Source: Octopus bimaculoides
Lineage: Eukaryota
Direction of reading: 5' to 3'
NCBI RefSeq assembly: GCF_001194135.2
Contig: NC_068985.1
Span: 70,741,601 to 70,805,600, forward strand
DNA length: 64,000 bases
Positions 62,474-64,000 of this stretch are shown one piece after another. Numbering within the stretch: the stretch's first letter is position 1; each line of letters starts with the position of its first letter. The notes beneath the pieces are model-generated. The model did no database searches and was not told where the DNA came from. It saw nothing but the letters and a program-made list of their open reading frames with translations. The position numbers were made by a program, and so were the translations under genes.

Positions 62474-62665
62474 ATTCGACCACGGCAGAATTTGAATTCA
62501 GAATGTATAACAATGTAATACTGATTTGAAAGGTTGGCACATGGACAAGTGAGAGAGATAAATCGATCACATCGACTCCAGTACTCAACTGGTATTATTT
62601 TTTCGACCCCGTAATGATGAAAGTGCAAAGCTGACCTCGGTGGAAGTTGAATTCAGAACGTATAG
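62474..62665 (-). mobile_element. Two adjacent family-B SINE fragments
   Basis: ttcgaccacggcagaatttgaattcagaatg; aatcgatcacatcgactccagtactcaactggtatt..cgacccc..gacctcggtggaagttgaattcagaacg. Confidence 0.65.
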
Positions 62666-63170
62666 CAACTTATTAATTTAGACACGCATTTTCTTTCCTG
62701 CGAAGAGGGCTTTCAATTTTAAAAAATTACATATTGCTTGATTTCATTCCCAGTTTCATGAAATGGCTTTACATGTCACTCTTAATGGCGCTTGATATGT
62801 TTTACATTTCCTATTTATATTCTATTCAGTTTTAAGATGGTTTATAAAAATATTGAAATATTAAATCGCCTCCAGCAACTCTTAAAGTTTGAAAGACAAA
62901 GATGAATTCGGTGTGATTTGAACTTTGAATCAAAAGGACTGGAATCAAATACTATGGTCATTGTATTCTACAACTGAAGTCTTCTACCAGTCCGCATTAT
63001 TGAACAGGTAGTGCAATTAGAATGTGGAGCCATTCGAAATATTTTCTGTTGAGAGTGAGAAATGGTTTTGCAATAATTTTACATCAATAAACATTAATGC
63101 GAAACTCTTGTTGTAAAACATATTTTAAAACTTCGTGTTTCATGATTATATCCTTTCCTTGGGCGTAAGG

Positions 63171-63241
<71 letters not shown>

Positions 63242-63834
63242 CGCAAATTTCCGTATATATGAGCGAATGTGGTCTGTATACGCACGTGTGTGTTTGTGTG
63301 TTTTTATTCATGTGATCTGCAATAAGCTAAGAATATCTTGAAATATATTCAATATACACCTTATATATGTAAATAAATTTATTCCCTTGAGGTAAGGAAA
63401 TGATTGATGTAAGAAAGAATATTGAGCCATATCACACATGCTGTAAATAAATGTAACATATTTCAATCACTGCGTACTATCAATACTTATAGTCCATAAC
63501 TATATATCTAAACTCCAAATACATCGTTCTATCACAGTATCAGTCTATCTGCTAATACATAGCCTCTCCTTCATACACATACACTCTCTCTCTCTTTTAC
63601 TCTCCCTAACACTTTTTCTCTCTTTCACTCTCTCTCATTCTCTTTCGATCTCTCTCTCTCTCTCTCTTCACCTCTCTCTCTTTCCCTCTTTCATTCCATG
63701 TATGAATATGTATATCTGTGTTCGTGTAGGCATGTGCGTGTATGCATGCGAGCACGCGTTTGTGAATGTGTGTCCTCGCGCGTATGTGTGCTTGCTTGCT
63801 TGCGTGTGTGTGTATTTGTGTGTGTGTGTGTGTA

Positions 63835-63865
<31 letters not shown>

Positions 63866-64000
63866 GTGTGTGTATGTGTGTATATGCGTATGAAGCAGTT
63901 GTATACCAGAGATAATATTAGAGCAACTGAAAACGATTTATTACGAGCTTGTAATAAATACACATGTATATACATATATAAATATATGTATGTGGAGAGA

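Overview
AT-rich, repeat-dense eukaryotic (animal) genomic DNA from a gapped draft assembly. There are 16 N-gaps totalling about 4.1 kb, mostly abutting microsatellites. The repeat landscape looks like an octopus/coleoid cephalopod genome; this is inferred from recognising the repeats, not from a database search. I found no intact protein-coding gene, rRNA, functional tRNA or CRISPR array. Almost all long ORFs in the supplied track are artefacts of microsatellites or N-runs. Supportable content: many copies of several tRNA-derived SINE families (labelled A, B, D and F by me; these are not formal names); decayed non-LTR retrotransposons (CR1-type, R4/Dong-type with RLE endonuclease, Tx1/L1-type, and Penelope-like with GIY-YIG); DNA-transposon relics (piggyBac transposase, mariner-derived MITE, hAT/Charlie-like MITE); several palindromes; and a few weak splice-flanked exon candidates. 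The most notable observations are two Penelope-type minimal hammerhead-ribozyme-like repeats, an R4/Dong pile-up containing a convergent RT pair broken at nearly homologous positions and an internally deleted element, a back-to-back Tx1 pair, and a templated duplication inside a SINE. I see no convincing wholly new biological system.
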